From a virus (taxonomy: Duplodnaviria; Caudoviricetes): 64,000 bases of DNA. Below are positions 17,348 through 26,360 of the stretch, one piece after another (the stretch's first letter is position 1; every line of letters starts with the position of its first letter). Under the pieces are notes generated by a model. That model was not told the DNA's origin. It worked only from the letters and a program-made list of their open reading frames with translations, and searched no databases. The translations under genes were made by a program, and so were the position numbers. The stretch lies in the IMG/VR virus record IMGVR_UViG_3300044568_000868, positions 120-64,119 of that record, one strand, 5' to 3'.

Positions 17348-17832
17348 AGTTCGAAGTACAAACAAGATTCGGTATAGGCAACTGGGAAAACGTGTGGCAC
17401 GACGGTGAAGAGCTAACATACTTCAACAGCCCAGAGGAAGCCCAAGAGGAGTTAGAAGACATGTTCGAAGAGATGGAGTTGCAAGGAATGGACTACGACC
17501 GTGACGACTACAGGATCATGCAGGTAGTACAGGTAATGAACACCACGGACAATGGCAAGCTGTGGAACATAACATCAGACGGTAAGACATTGAAGTTTTA
17601 TGATGGTAGTAGCTTACAAGATCATGATGGTGTCGCATCGTATGCCTTTACCGAGTATGGGCAGTTCGTTAGTTCGTACTATATCTCAACATTTCTGGAG
17701 GGCGATTGGAAAAGGGAGCGAGGCAGAGGCTTGAACCTTAACGGTGGTGTGCCTGAGTGGCGCATTACAGGACAAACAATGGACGACATTATGGATTGGG
17801 CAGAGACAACATGGGAGAGCAGTCATGACTAA
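17344..17832 (+). CDS. Hypothetical protein (duplicated domain A plus unique domain)
   Basis: N-terminal part near-identical to C-terminal part of next ORF. Confidence 0.7.
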   Translation: MKFEVQTRFGIGNWENVWHDGEELTYFNSPEEAQEELEDMFEEMELQGMDYDRDDYRIMQVVQVMNTTDNGKLWNITSDGKTLKFYDGSSLQDHDGVASYAFTEYGQFVSSYYISTFLEGDWKRERGRGLNLNGGVPEWRITGQTMDDIMDWAETTWESSHD

Positions 17833-18181
17833 AAAAACGATCAAGACCACGCAAGCACAAGCACCACTACTATGCGTAGAGTTATCAGGAGGTGGATATA
17901 CCACCCAACAAACAGCCAAGGCGATGGAGGCACTAGGTGACCTATTGACCAAGGGAGCGACAACCATCAAGGGTATGGCAATGAAATATGAAGTACAAAC
18001 AAGATTCGGTAGAGGCAACTGGGAAAACGTGTGGCACGACGGCGAACACTTGGCATACTTTGCATCACCTGAAGAAGCCCAAGCAGAAATCGATGACATG
18101 ATTGAAGAGATGGAGTTGCAGGGGATGGATTACGATCGTGATGATTACATCATTGTGCAGGTAGAAGGAGAGCAGTCATGA
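17825..18181 (+). CDS. Hypothetical protein (domain B fused to domain A copy)
   Basis: GGAGAGCAGTC-ATG start; GGGYT.QQTAKAME then EVQTRFG. Confidence 0.65.
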   Translation: MTKKTIKTTQAQAPLLCVELSGGGYTTQQTAKAMEALGDLLTKGATTIKGMAMKYEVQTRFGRGNWENVWHDGEHLAYFASPEEAQAEIDDMIEEMELQGMDYDRDDYIIVQVEGEQS

Positions 18182-18360
18182 CTCTGCTCATCACGACAAA
18201 AAATAACGCACACCGAGTGCTACTCGATGTCGCAGGTGGAGGATATACAGTCCAGCAAACCGCCAAAGCTATGGAAGCATACAGAGAACTACTCGCCAAG
18301 GGTGAGGTTAAAATTAAGAAAACCATAATAAAACTGGAGCAAGACAATGGCACTAACTAA
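18178..18360 (+). CDS. Hypothetical protein (domain B copy)
   Basis: Same start context; GGGYTVQQTAKAME. Confidence 0.65.
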   Translation: MTLLITTKNNAHRVLLDVAGGGYTVQQTAKAMEAYRELLAKGEVKIKKTIIKLEQDNGTN

Positions 18361-18538
18361 ATGGAAATACACGAAATTCTCAAGAGCTAAATTCGAGGAG
18401 GTAGTATGCAGACATTATAAGAATGTAAAAAGGGACTTGAGAAAAGAGGAGGATATTAACTTATCTTTATATTATTCACACGACAGGCACATAGCCACAT
18501 GGCATAAAAAAGGTGCGTGGATGGAGGTAATACAATGA
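18347..18538 (+). CDS. Hypothetical protein
   Basis: GGAG RBS, coupled. Confidence 0.6.
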   Translation: MALTKWKYTKFSRAKFEEVVCRHYKNVKRDLRKEEDINLSLYYSHDRHIATWHKKGAWMEVIQ

Positions 18539-18810
18539 GCGATATAAACCGATACTACCTAGTAAACATCATAGATGATTACTATGCCATGGAATTCAGA
18601 ACTAGTGTGCTTGTGCGAGCAACAGATGAAACACTTGAAGCTAAACTTAAAGACCTATGCTCAACATGGTATAGCGAGGACGATCCAATAAGTGAAGAGA
18701 TAGAGGGAACATATGAACAACCTAACGGATGTTTAACTTACATAGATACCTCTAAAGAAATAACAGAAGCAACTTTCAATGACTTAATCCCAATTTTAGG
18801 AGCATTCTAA
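18535..18810 (+). CDS. Hypothetical protein
   Basis: GGAGG RBS before ATG 18535. Confidence 0.65.
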   Translation: MSDINRYYLVNIIDDYYAMEFRTSVLVRATDETLEAKLKDLCSTWYSEDDPISEEIEGTYEQPNGCLTYIDTSKEITEATFNDLIPILGAF

Positions 18811-19049
18811 TGGACACTAAAAATATATTAGCAACAATTGCAATCACAGCTCTTTTTACATTCGGCTTAGGCTATGTAACAGGACAACAAAGCGACACCT
18901 CTAAGGTTACTATACACAAGACTAGATCGGGCATGTTCATCGTAGATGACACAGCCCAAAGCAAAGGTAAAATGGAGGCTAAGATATACGAAGTGCTAGA
19001 GCTACCGACTAACCGAAAGAGCTTTCAAGAAGGGGATATTTCACAATGA
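18810..19049 (+). CDS. Small membrane-anchored protein
   Basis: N-terminal hydrophobic helix. Confidence 0.6.
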   Translation: MDTKNILATIAITALFTFGLGYVTGQQSDTSKVTIHKTRSGMFIVDDTAQSKGKMEAKIYEVLELPTNRKSFQEGDISQ

Positions 19050-19645
19050 GAATCTTAGTAGGGTGTGAAGAGTCACAAACAGTAACGAAAGCATTCCAAG
19101 CATTAGGGCATGAAACATATAGTTGTGACATCATACCCTGTTCAGGGGATCATCCAGAATGGCATATCAGAGGGGATGTATTTGATGCGATAGATGAAGG
19201 CGGTTGGGACATGGGTATTTTCTTTCCTCCTTGCACATACCTCACCGTGACAGGCAACAAATGGTTTAAAGATCAACCGCCAAGAAAGTCTGGTGCTTTA
19301 GTTGGACAGGCTCGAAGAGATGCTAGAGAAGATGCGATCTTTTTCTTTATGCGATTGATGACCTGCAACATACCGAAGATAGCAATAGAGAACCCAATAG
19401 GTATTATGACATCGAGATATAGAAAACCCGATCAGGTGTTACAGCCTTGGATGTTTGGACATAATGAACAGAAAGCAACATGCCTTTGGTTAAAGAACTT
19501 ACCCACACTAACACCGACAGACATAGTGGAAGGGAGAGAACAAAAGCTACACTTATTACCGCCTTCAAAGGACAGGGCGAAGCTTAGATCAAAAACATAT
19601 CAAGGCATAGCATCAGCTGTGGCACAACAATGGGGATCATTATGA
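19046..19645 (+). CDS. Short phage C5-cytosine methyltransferase-like protein
   Basis: ILVGCEES, SCDI, catalytic FPPCT, IENPIG. Confidence 0.7.
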   Translation: MRILVGCEESQTVTKAFQALGHETYSCDIIPCSGDHPEWHIRGDVFDAIDEGGWDMGIFFPPCTYLTVTGNKWFKDQPPRKSGALVGQARRDAREDAIFFFMRLMTCNIPKIAIENPIGIMTSRYRKPDQVLQPWMFGHNEQKATCLWLKNLPTLTPTDIVEGREQKLHLLPPSKDRAKLRSKTYQGIASAVAQQWGSL

Positions 19646-19896
19646 ACTGGAAAAAAGAAATAGAAGACGAAGTGCGATCACTAGGCGAGGATATAGCTTC
19701 ACTTGCAACAACCTTAACGGAAGCAGAGATGTTACAAGAGTTTGATGGGGAGAGTTACGGATTCCCAAAAGGCAAACCATTTACAGCATGGACAACTAAC
19801 TATGTGTATTTCCCTGCTGAATACGATGGAGCGGAATGGGTTGAGAGTGTGCCTAGAGACCCCTGCATGAAAAAGACATCACACGTAGGCGGTTAA
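19642..19896 (+). CDS. Hypothetical protein
   Basis: EFD..YG..G.PFTAWT..YVYFP.EYDG.E.V.SVPRDP. Confidence 0.7.
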   Translation: MNWKKEIEDEVRSLGEDIASLATTLTEAEMLQEFDGESYGFPKGKPFTAWTTNYVYFPAEYDGAEWVESVPRDPCMKKTSHVGG

Positions 19897-19897
19897 G

Positions 19898-20683
19898 ATG
19901 AAAGTGCTAAGTCTGTTTGCAGGTATAGGAGGGTTTAACCTTGGGCTTGAGAAGACAGGAGGGTTTGAAACCGTAGGGTTTGTGGAGTGGAATAAGGAAG
20001 CACAGACCGTGCTGCAAAGACATTGGAAAAACGTGCCTATATTTGGAGATATCAGGGGGGTAACACACTCCTCATTATGGGAAGCAGGGATCAAACATGT
20101 TGATGTACTTACAGGGGGGTTTCCATGCACAGACCTTAGTATTGCAGCAAAAGGATCGCATAAAGGTTTAGAGGGTGCGGAGAGTGGATTAGTCCATGAG
20201 TTCGGAAGACTGGCTAAAGAACTACAACCAGAATGGGTGTTGATAGAAAACGTACCGCAAGTAAAGAAATATAGAAAACAATTAGAGGATATTTTTAATG
20301 ACTACAAACTCACTTATACAGACACAGATGCTCTCGACTATGGAGCTTATTGCAGAAGAAAACGGACGTTCATTATCGGACATCTTAGAAGCAGAGGTGG
20401 ACGAGAAGTATCTTTTAAGCCAGAAATCTATAGACAGGCTCTACGCTCAAGAGGGTGTGAAGACTCTGCACCGATGTTGTTACCTTGGAAGGGTGGGGTC
20501 TCTCTTGAACGCTTATCCTCTTGCATCATTGAGAATACGGAAGCTAACGCCAGTAGAATACGAAAGGGCATTAGGGTATCCAGAGGGTTGGGTGACGGAA
20601 AGCTTTATCTAATGTTGGGTAACAGCTTGTCGCCTTTAGTCACCGAAGTAATCGGTAACGCTATATTAAGAGAACTACTATGA
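19898..20683 (+). CDS. C5-cytosine DNA methyltransferase, alpha chain (motifs I-VIII and X)
   Basis: LSLFAGIGG (I), GGFPCTDLS (IV), IENV (VI), RRKRTFIIG (VIII), LGNS..P.V..IG (X). Confidence 0.9.
   Translation: MKVLSLFAGIGGFNLGLEKTGGFETVGFVEWNKEAQTVLQRHWKNVPIFGDIRGVTHSSLWEAGIKHVDVLTGGFPCTDLSIAAKGSHKGLEGAESGLVHEFGRLAKELQPEWVLIENVPQVKKYRKQLEDIFNDYKLTYTDTDALDYGAYCRRKRTFIIGHLRSRGGREVSFKPEIYRQALRSRGCEDSAPMLLPWKGGVSLERLSSCIIENTEANASRIRKGIRVSRGLGDGKLYLMLGNSLSPLVTEVIGNAILRELL
20298..20612 (+). CDS. Overprinted methyltransferase beta chain (motif IX)
   Basis: +1 frame; SLSDILE...KYLLS and RKLTPVEYERALGYPEGW; GAGGA RBS 8 nt before ATG. Confidence 0.8.
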   Translation: MTTNSLIQTQMLSTMELIAEENGRSLSDILEAEVDEKYLLSQKSIDRLYAQEGVKTLHRCCYLGRVGSLLNAYPLASLRIRKLTPVEYERALGYPEGWVTESFI

Positions 20684-21669
20684 CACCACAAGAACTAATA
20701 AAAGCCTTCCCCCACTATACGTTCGCAGTACACGAAAAAAAGAAAGGAGTGCCTCTTGAGCATGGGACTATTCCTATGAGCGTATATATAAGGTATGAAG
20801 TAGATAAAAATATGCTGTATGTTGACTCACGTTTTATAACGCAGGAGCATTTGGTAGAGGAAGCAGTCATATGGCGGAAGTCGTCCGCATACTGTGGAAC
20901 GCTCTTGAAACGTATATCAGCAGGGACTGGATATAAAGCGAAACCCATCTATTGCCTGGCATTTGACCTATCGTACGGTGAGCAAGGTGACGTAACATCA
21001 CGCATACGCAAAAGAAAAGGGAGACCGCTACAGGTCGCAAACACAGCCAAACTGACCGCTAAAGCCAAAGAAGTAGCACCAAGGCTAAAGAGTTTAAACA
21101 CACGACTAATGGAGTGGCAAAAAGCATATGAACACCTAGCTCTGTGGGACGACTTATATGAAGCGATAAAAGAGGCTAAGAAGTTCTATGAGGACAGTTA
21201 CTCAATGCTAAGTCAGGGCAGACGGAAACGGATAATGCCTGAGCCAAGTCCAATAAAGACGATAAAGAAAGAGATCATATTGCCCAAACATAAGATATAC
21301 AGCAAAGGGCTTGATGAACTCATAGCACGAGATACAGATGCAATATTTAAAAACATAAGGGAGTTTAGAACAGATGAAAAAGGGGTGACTACACTATACG
21401 AAAAGGAATTCAGACCGATACTGCCTAGAGAAGAGTGGATCGCAAGATACGAACAGGGGACAACCTTGGACGGGAAGACAGTATACAAGCACTTGTATGT
21501 ATTGGTAAGTGTATTAAAATCAGGGGCTTATGAGAATGAGGACATCAAAGACTATAAGAGGGATATTCGCTTTGTGCAGATGTGTCAGAAGCAAGTTGGA
21601 AAATCAGCACACCGCTGTGCATTCTTTGACTTAACAAAAAAGCTTGACAATGAAATCATTAACGACTAA
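20680..21669 (+). CDS. Hypothetical protein
   Basis: 329-aa ORF, ATGA overlap. Confidence 0.7.
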   Translation: MTPQELIKAFPHYTFAVHEKKKGVPLEHGTIPMSVYIRYEVDKNMLYVDSRFITQEHLVEEAVIWRKSSAYCGTLLKRISAGTGYKAKPIYCLAFDLSYGEQGDVTSRIRKRKGRPLQVANTAKLTAKAKEVAPRLKSLNTRLMEWQKAYEHLALWDDLYEAIKEAKKFYEDSYSMLSQGRRKRIMPEPSPIKTIKKEIILPKHKIYSKGLDELIARDTDAIFKNIREFRTDEKGVTTLYEKEFRPILPREEWIARYEQGTTLDGKTVYKHLYVLVSVLKSGAYENEDIKDYKRDIRFVQMCQKQVGKSAHRCAFFDLTKKLDNEIIND

Positions 21670-21877
21670 TCTGTTAAGCACGTTGGGACTATCCCAACTG
21701 ATATTAATACTGCTGTTAACCCCCATCGATACGATGGCAAGAGATAAGTTTACGGCTAAAGCTCCGATAAGTAAACATTGCTTACAACTCGGAAGACAAT
21801 ACCGCCATGCAGTAAAAACTAATAACCCCATCCGCCACTTACTGGCGGAGAAACTTTGGAAGGAGTGTGGAGTATGA
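21644..21877 (+). CDS. Hypothetical membrane/secreted protein
   Basis: N-terminal hydrophobic stretch. Confidence 0.5.
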   Translation: MTMKSLTTNLLSTLGLSQLILILLLTPIDTMARDKFTAKAPISKHCLQLGRQYRHAVKTNNPIRHLLAEKLWKECGV

Positions 21878-22734
21878 TAACGGCAAAAAATTACGCTGCC
21901 CAAGCTGAAGTTGCTCTTATTAATGCTAGTAAACGCTATCTAGGCGTAGGGAGAAAAGACCAGGCTGATTATATAGGAGCGTTAGCTAGAGGAATACGTC
22001 ACGGAGTTAAGTTCGTTATACCTGACGGAGGACTTATATTAGATGATAATTTAAGGGGGATTATGTCAACCCCCGTTAGACTACCTTTTGAGGTTACAGT
22101 AATAGAGTTTGCAATAACTCACTACCCAAGTAAGCCTGATCATTACACTATGCATAAAGTAGTAATATTGTGTGTAGAGTTTGGTGAAGATGGGGATTTT
22201 AAAATACATCCTATGATGTATCTAATGGGGGCGGGACAAGCTTTTTGGATACCTTGTGCATATGAAGCGGTTGTTCCTTTTGAAGACCAACTACAAATAA
22301 GAGAAGATGGGCGGGTTGCGTTTAAAGCTACAATTATCCCTTCAGGTGCTTTAGATGACATTACTGATAAAAATAAAACCCGTGATGTGCATACTGAAGT
22401 AATAACAAAATGTATAGGGTCAACGTATGAACTACTAGAAGCCTTAACATGTACCAATATAGAGCAGTCTATATATCAACAGGCTTCTCCTAAAAATGCC
22501 CAGCGGATTAAATCTCATAAAGCTCCTATCTATGAGACAAGATGTCTAACACTAAAGACTACTAAGAAAGAATCATTTAGCAGTAATGGTGGACTAAGTC
22601 ACAAATCACCAAAACAGCACCTGCGTAGAGGGCATATACGAAGACTAGAGAAAGGAAACATATGGGTTAATTCTTGTGTAGTCGGTGATGCTAGTAATGG
22701 GATAATAGACAAACACTACAGAATAAAAAAGTAA
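21874..22734 (+). CDS. Hypothetical phage protein
   Basis: C-terminal SPKQHLRRGHIRRL...WV motif. Confidence 0.7.
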   Translation: MITAKNYAAQAEVALINASKRYLGVGRKDQADYIGALARGIRHGVKFVIPDGGLILDDNLRGIMSTPVRLPFEVTVIEFAITHYPSKPDHYTMHKVVILCVEFGEDGDFKIHPMMYLMGAGQAFWIPCAYEAVVPFEDQLQIREDGRVAFKATIIPSGALDDITDKNKTRDVHTEVITKCIGSTYELLEALTCTNIEQSIYQQASPKNAQRIKSHKAPIYETRCLTLKTTKKESFSSNGGLSHKSPKQHLRRGHIRRLEKGNIWVNSCVVGDASNGIIDKHYRIKK

Positions 22735-22740
22735 CAAATA

Positions 22741-22910
22741 TTACGCAGTGCCCTACTCTCCAAGGAAATATCGCAACAAGGATGTTAAAGGCTACGCTGA
22801 CGGCTTGAAGTACTATTGATGCCACCTCTATATTAACTGCTAATCATCTTGAGTATAGAGGATAGGTAAAAGGTAAGGGCTAATGTAAGTACCATAATCA
22901 ATAGGTCAGC
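22741..22910 (+). ncRNA. Candidate structured intergenic RNA
   Basis: Nested perfect helices GCTGAC/GTCAGC, CTATTGAT/ATCAATAG, CCTCTATA/TATAGAGG. Confidence 0.45.
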
Positions 22911-22934
22911 ATTCAATTAATTATTGGAGGACTT

Positions 22935-23453
22935 ATGACAACAGAAGAACAGATAAAGAAAGCTCTAAGAAATAAAGAGTATAGAGAAAAGAATAAAGAA
23001 GCCCTACGCCTTAAACGTGTAGCTAAATTTGAGGCTAACGAAGAAAAACATAGATCAGAAAAGTTAGCCTGGTACTACAAGAATAAAGAAAAACAACTTC
23101 AGGAAGAAGATGCCAGCCCAATGATGACCTTGAAGTCCGTTGCTAGACTAATAGGTGTAAGAGAAAATGTAGCACAAAAGATAAGTAAGACCGAGTCTTA
23201 TAAGATGCCTAAACCAAAGATGGCTAGGTGTGATGGTAGTGATTTATACTGCCGAATGGAGATCGAGGAATGGATGCCCTTTATACGGGAGGTAGTCGCC
23301 TTCTATTCAACAAAAAGAAAACTAATCAAACTCACAGGGGCTGCGGTTCACATTGTGAACTTCATGAAAAATAATAAAGCAGTCATATCTCATTGTGAGG
23401 ACGAAAGAACAAGATTGAGGGGTTTATGGCTAGAGACGTTGACTACGCACTAA
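22935..23453 (+). CDS. Putative DNA-binding protein
   Basis: GGAGG RBS; basic helix then TLKSVARLIGV HTH-like segment. Confidence 0.6.
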   Translation: MTTEEQIKKALRNKEYREKNKEALRLKRVAKFEANEEKHRSEKLAWYYKNKEKQLQEEDASPMMTLKSVARLIGVRENVAQKISKTESYKMPKPKMARCDGSDLYCRMEIEEWMPFIREVVAFYSTKRKLIKLTGAAVHIVNFMKNNKAVISHCEDERTRLRGLWLETLTTH

Positions 23454-23677
23454 TATTACAAGTTTTATATAGTAAGGGTTATAGCCTAGCAAGCATAGCA
23501 AAAACAACAGGCGCAGCGGTGAGTACATTGTCCGCAGTAAAACAAGAGTATAAAGCAGTACCTGCTGGATGGCACGATGGATGGGAGGGTATGGCGATGC
23601 AAGAGTATTATCAGAAAGTAACGGGTGAAGATGCTCCTCGTATTGGGGACTACATTGAGATAGAGGGTGAGAAATGA
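23426..23677 (+). CDS. Small HTH protein
   Basis: GYSLASIAKTTGAAVSTLS. Confidence 0.6.
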   Translation: MARDVDYALILQVLYSKGYSLASIAKTTGAAVSTLSAVKQEYKAVPAGWHDGWEGMAMQEYYQKVTGEDAPRIGDYIEIEGEK

Positions 23678-23871
23678 AACTACATCAAATGCAGTATCCA
23701 CTGCCAACAACCAGTGCCAGATGTATGGGTACTAACTGCAACCAGAAGAACCTATGTCAGAGATACCTGACCATTGAGATAGACACACAGAACTACGTGT
23801 GGCATATGGACGTAAAGAAAGAAATAGACGATGACGAGATATGTGATTTTTTTATTGAGTGGGGTGTGTGA
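23674..23871 (+). CDS. Small Cys-rich hypothetical protein
   Basis: C.G..C.....C.RY...CDFF. Confidence 0.6.
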   Translation: MKLHQMQYPLPTTSARCMGTNCNQKNLCQRYLTIEIDTQNYVWHMDVKKEIDDDEICDFFIEWGV

Positions 23872-24053
23872 TGGACGCAGTTATATTAGAAAAAATTATC
23901 TATACAAGTTTGATGCTTAATTTTGTTTTCGGCTTAGGTGGATATATTTGTTATGAGAAAAGATACTATACATTGAGAGACAGCTGTATTTATTCACTAG
24001 TGTTGAACGGTATTTTTATTTTGGTGGTAATGCTATTAAGGGTGTGGATGTGA
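23871..24053 (+). CDS. Small membrane protein (2 TM)
   Basis: Two hydrophobic segments. Confidence 0.55.
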   Translation: MDAVILEKIIYTSLMLNFVFGLGGYICYEKRYYTLRDSCIYSLVLNGIFILVVMLLRVWM

Positions 24054-24598
24054 TGAATGATGAAGTAGTAATAAACCTATTTAAGAAAGTAGCAAGGATC
24101 CTAGAGGACGACACGCAATACGAATGGTTAGCTGATGAGGTCAAAGATTACTTAAATGAGATATATGTTAATAAAGCATTTGAACCTGAGCAGACTGAGC
24201 AAGAGCCTTTAGGTACTCATGGGGAATATGATGATATTGATGAGCGTTTAAAAGAACAATACACAATGAAGAACCATATAGAACATCTGGAAGGGGAAAT
24301 AAAAATACTCTCAAAACAAGTAGTAGAACGCGATGATCTATTAAAGCGTGTGTACGAAAGAATAGACAGCGAGGTATTAAGAAAAGAAGTAGATAACATA
24401 ATACCTAAATGGGATGACAATATCCCTGAGCATGGTGTGTTGTGCTGGGTACAACATAACCCAGAGGGTAAGAAAAAAGTAGTTACCATATATAGCCGTA
24501 AAAATAGAGATGATTATGAAACCACTTTTTATTGGATTGATTCACGGACTATTGTTACACCCCTAACCAACGAAGAGATCGAGGAGTTTAAAAGGTGA
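24053..24598 (+). CDS. Hypothetical protein
   Basis: Coupled ORF; EPEQTEQEP linker. Confidence 0.6.
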   Translation: MNDEVVINLFKKVARILEDDTQYEWLADEVKDYLNEIYVNKAFEPEQTEQEPLGTHGEYDDIDERLKEQYTMKNHIEHLEGEIKILSKQVVERDDLLKRVYERIDSEVLRKEVDNIIPKWDDNIPEHGVLCWVQHNPEGKKKVVTIYSRKNRDDYETTFYWIDSRTIVTPLTNEEIEEFKR

Positions 24599-25068
24599 TG
24601 AGTAAAGAAAGAGAGTTACTGAAAAAGATTTTAAATACAGGTTGGTTAAATCATGAGTTAAGTTGTGAAGTAGAAGCGATCCTCGCCCGACCTGAGCAAG
24701 AACCTGAAGCTTGGATTACCGAATGGGTGCAAAGATATAGACATAACGATACTCCTATTATTGATAGAGCTGTGTCGTTTACAAAAGGGGATGCACCTGC
24801 TGTGCCAAATCCTAATTACATCCCACTCTACACAGCACCGCCAAAACGTGAGCCTTTGAGTGAGGATGAAATGAGAGCTATTTGGAAAGAAGGGTACAAT
24901 CAAGGATTTAACGATGGTAAATATTTAAGTTCACCAAAACGTGAGCCTTTGAGTGATGATGAAATGAGAGCTATTTGGAAAGAAGGTGTTAGAGGTGAAA
25001 TACCGTTTGTTGAAATCGGAAGAGCGATAGAAAAAGCTCACGGCATTGGAGTAGATGATGAAAATTAA
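24595..25068 (+). CDS. Hypothetical modular protein with internal duplication
   Basis: QEPEAW...PLYTAPPKREPLS...RAIEKAHGI; PKREPLS.DEMRAIWKEG twice. Confidence 0.65.
   Translation: MMSKERELLKKILNTGWLNHELSCEVEAILARPEQEPEAWITEWVQRYRHNDTPIIDRAVSFTKGDAPAVPNPNYIPLYTAPPKREPLSEDEMRAIWKEGYNQGFNDGKYLSSPKREPLSDDEMRAIWKEGVRGEIPFVEIGRAIEKAHGIGVDDEN
24841..24986 (+). repeat. 53-bp direct repeat, 2 copies, 1 mismatch
   Basis: 24841-24893 and 24934-24986. Confidence 0.9.
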
Positions 25069-25182
25069 AAATAAGTGGTGTCGCATAGCATGGTTTTTAG
25101 ATGCTAAAAGAGAATGTAATAAATATAAATTTGAGTATATCCCACATAGCCTAAGGGCTACTAAAGCCCTGCACAGCATGTA

Positions 25183-25413
25183 TTGGAGAGAGAAATGAAT
25201 AAAGAAATAAATGATCTTAAGCAACAAATAATGTGGCTACAGAATCGAAATGCTTTCCTTACAAATAGACAAGAAGCACTCCGTGACCATTTTGCAGGAA
25301 TTGCAATGCAGGGATTTTTATCACTTAATAAATTTAATACAGATATGATTGTTAAGTTGTCTTACGACATGGCAGACGCAATGTTAGCAGAGAGGGAGAA
25401 AAGAGATGTGTAG
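25183..25413 (+). CDS. Hypothetical protein (LRD.FA...ADAML family)
   Basis: LRDHFAGIAMQG...SYDMADAMLAEREK. Confidence 0.65.
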   Translation: MEREMNKEINDLKQQIMWLQNRNAFLTNRQEALRDHFAGIAMQGFLSLNKFNTDMIVKLSYDMADAMLAEREKRDV

Positions 25414-25546
25414 TTATATAGAGATAATGGTTTTAGTATTGCTTAGCTGTATAACACTTATAGTTGTGATGGGTGTTGTAGGTCTTGTTTGTTATGTTGT
25501 ATCAAATTGGGAAGACCTATGTAACGAGGGAAGGGGAAAGAGATGA
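25406..25546 (+). CDS. Small hydrophobic peptide (46 aa)
   Basis: GGGAG RBS; single TM; not in ORF track. Confidence 0.45.
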   Translation: MCSYIEIMVLVLLSCITLIVVMGVVGLVCYVVSNWEDLCNEGRGKR

Positions 25547-25665
25547 TTAAAGAATGGTTTATGCTTATGGGTGGAATATTTATGTTTAATATGGTTGTTT
25601 TGTTTTTTGGCGTTATTATGACAATAATAATTAATTACTTCCTTGGAAATGTAGGAGTATGTTAA
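25543..25665 (+). CDS. Small hydrophobic peptide (40 aa)
   Basis: ATGA overlap; single TM; not in ORF track. Confidence 0.4.
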   Translation: MIKEWFMLMGGIFMFNMVVLFFGVIMTIIINYFLGNVGVC

Positions 25666-25758
25666 TGACACTTGCACTAATAGCTTTAGCATTGGAGCTG
25701 TGGTTTATTATATTTGTGTAAACAGTAAGGCTCTTTGTAATGAACTACGGGAAAGACT

Positions 25759-25947
25759 ATGAGTGAGATAACATTAAGAGATACGATAGCAACAGCTGTG
25801 CTGCAGGGGTTTATTCAATATATGGGGTGCGATCCTGAAGATTTATTATACCCAAAAAGAGAGCAGAAAAATAAACATGCTCTAAGTAAGTCAGCATATG
25901 CCTATGCTGATGCGATGTTAGAAGAGAGGGAGAAGAAAAATGAGTAA
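25759..25947 (+). CDS. Hypothetical protein, paralog of 25183..25413
   Basis: LRDTIATAVLQG...AYAYADAMLEEREK. Confidence 0.65.
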   Translation: MSEITLRDTIATAVLQGFIQYMGCDPEDLLYPKREQKNKHALSKSAYAYADAMLEEREKKNE

Positions 25948-26194
25948 CCAAATAATACTAAACTACCGAACAGAAAATGATAGATGGGTTATTGATTTTA
26001 ATCGTGACCAAGAGAACTTTGGAGTATTTAAAGCCTTTTTAGAGCAGCTTGAATTTGATATACAACAAAATAATATAAAACGCCTAGTGCTATGTATGAG
26101 GCAAGATAATAAAAGTGTTTTAGCACAAGCGGTTTTAGATTATATGAAAGAGATCAATGCACCTATTGATATGGAGAAGAGAGATGAAAAATGA
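25940..26194 (+). CDS. Hypothetical protein
   Basis: Coupled ORF. Confidence 0.55.
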   Translation: MSNQIILNYRTENDRWVIDFNRDQENFGVFKAFLEQLEFDIQQNNIKRLVLCMRQDNKSVLAQAVLDYMKEINAPIDMEKRDEK

Positions 26195-26360
26195 TATAGA
26201 AGAATTACAAACAAAAGCAGATAGAGTACTAGATCAATGTAGTGTTTGGTCAGAGATAGGAGATGGGTCTTATGAAGCTTGCCTATCCTATTGTGGTTAT
26301 TATGCTATACTAGCCGACATTTCAAAACTTGAACAAGGTAAAGAAGATGAGATTTTATAA
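26184..26360 (+). CDS. Hypothetical protein, paralog of 16777..16950
   Basis: DGSYEACLSYCGYY. Confidence 0.65.
   Translation: MKNDIEELQTKADRVLDQCSVWSEIGDGSYEACLSYCGYYAILADISKLEQGKEDEIL

Noticed and set aside
25659-25762. Third hydrophobic peptide sharing LCNE.R with 25406..25546
   Set aside because: Hydrophobic start and LCNE tail are in different frames; at best a decayed remnant
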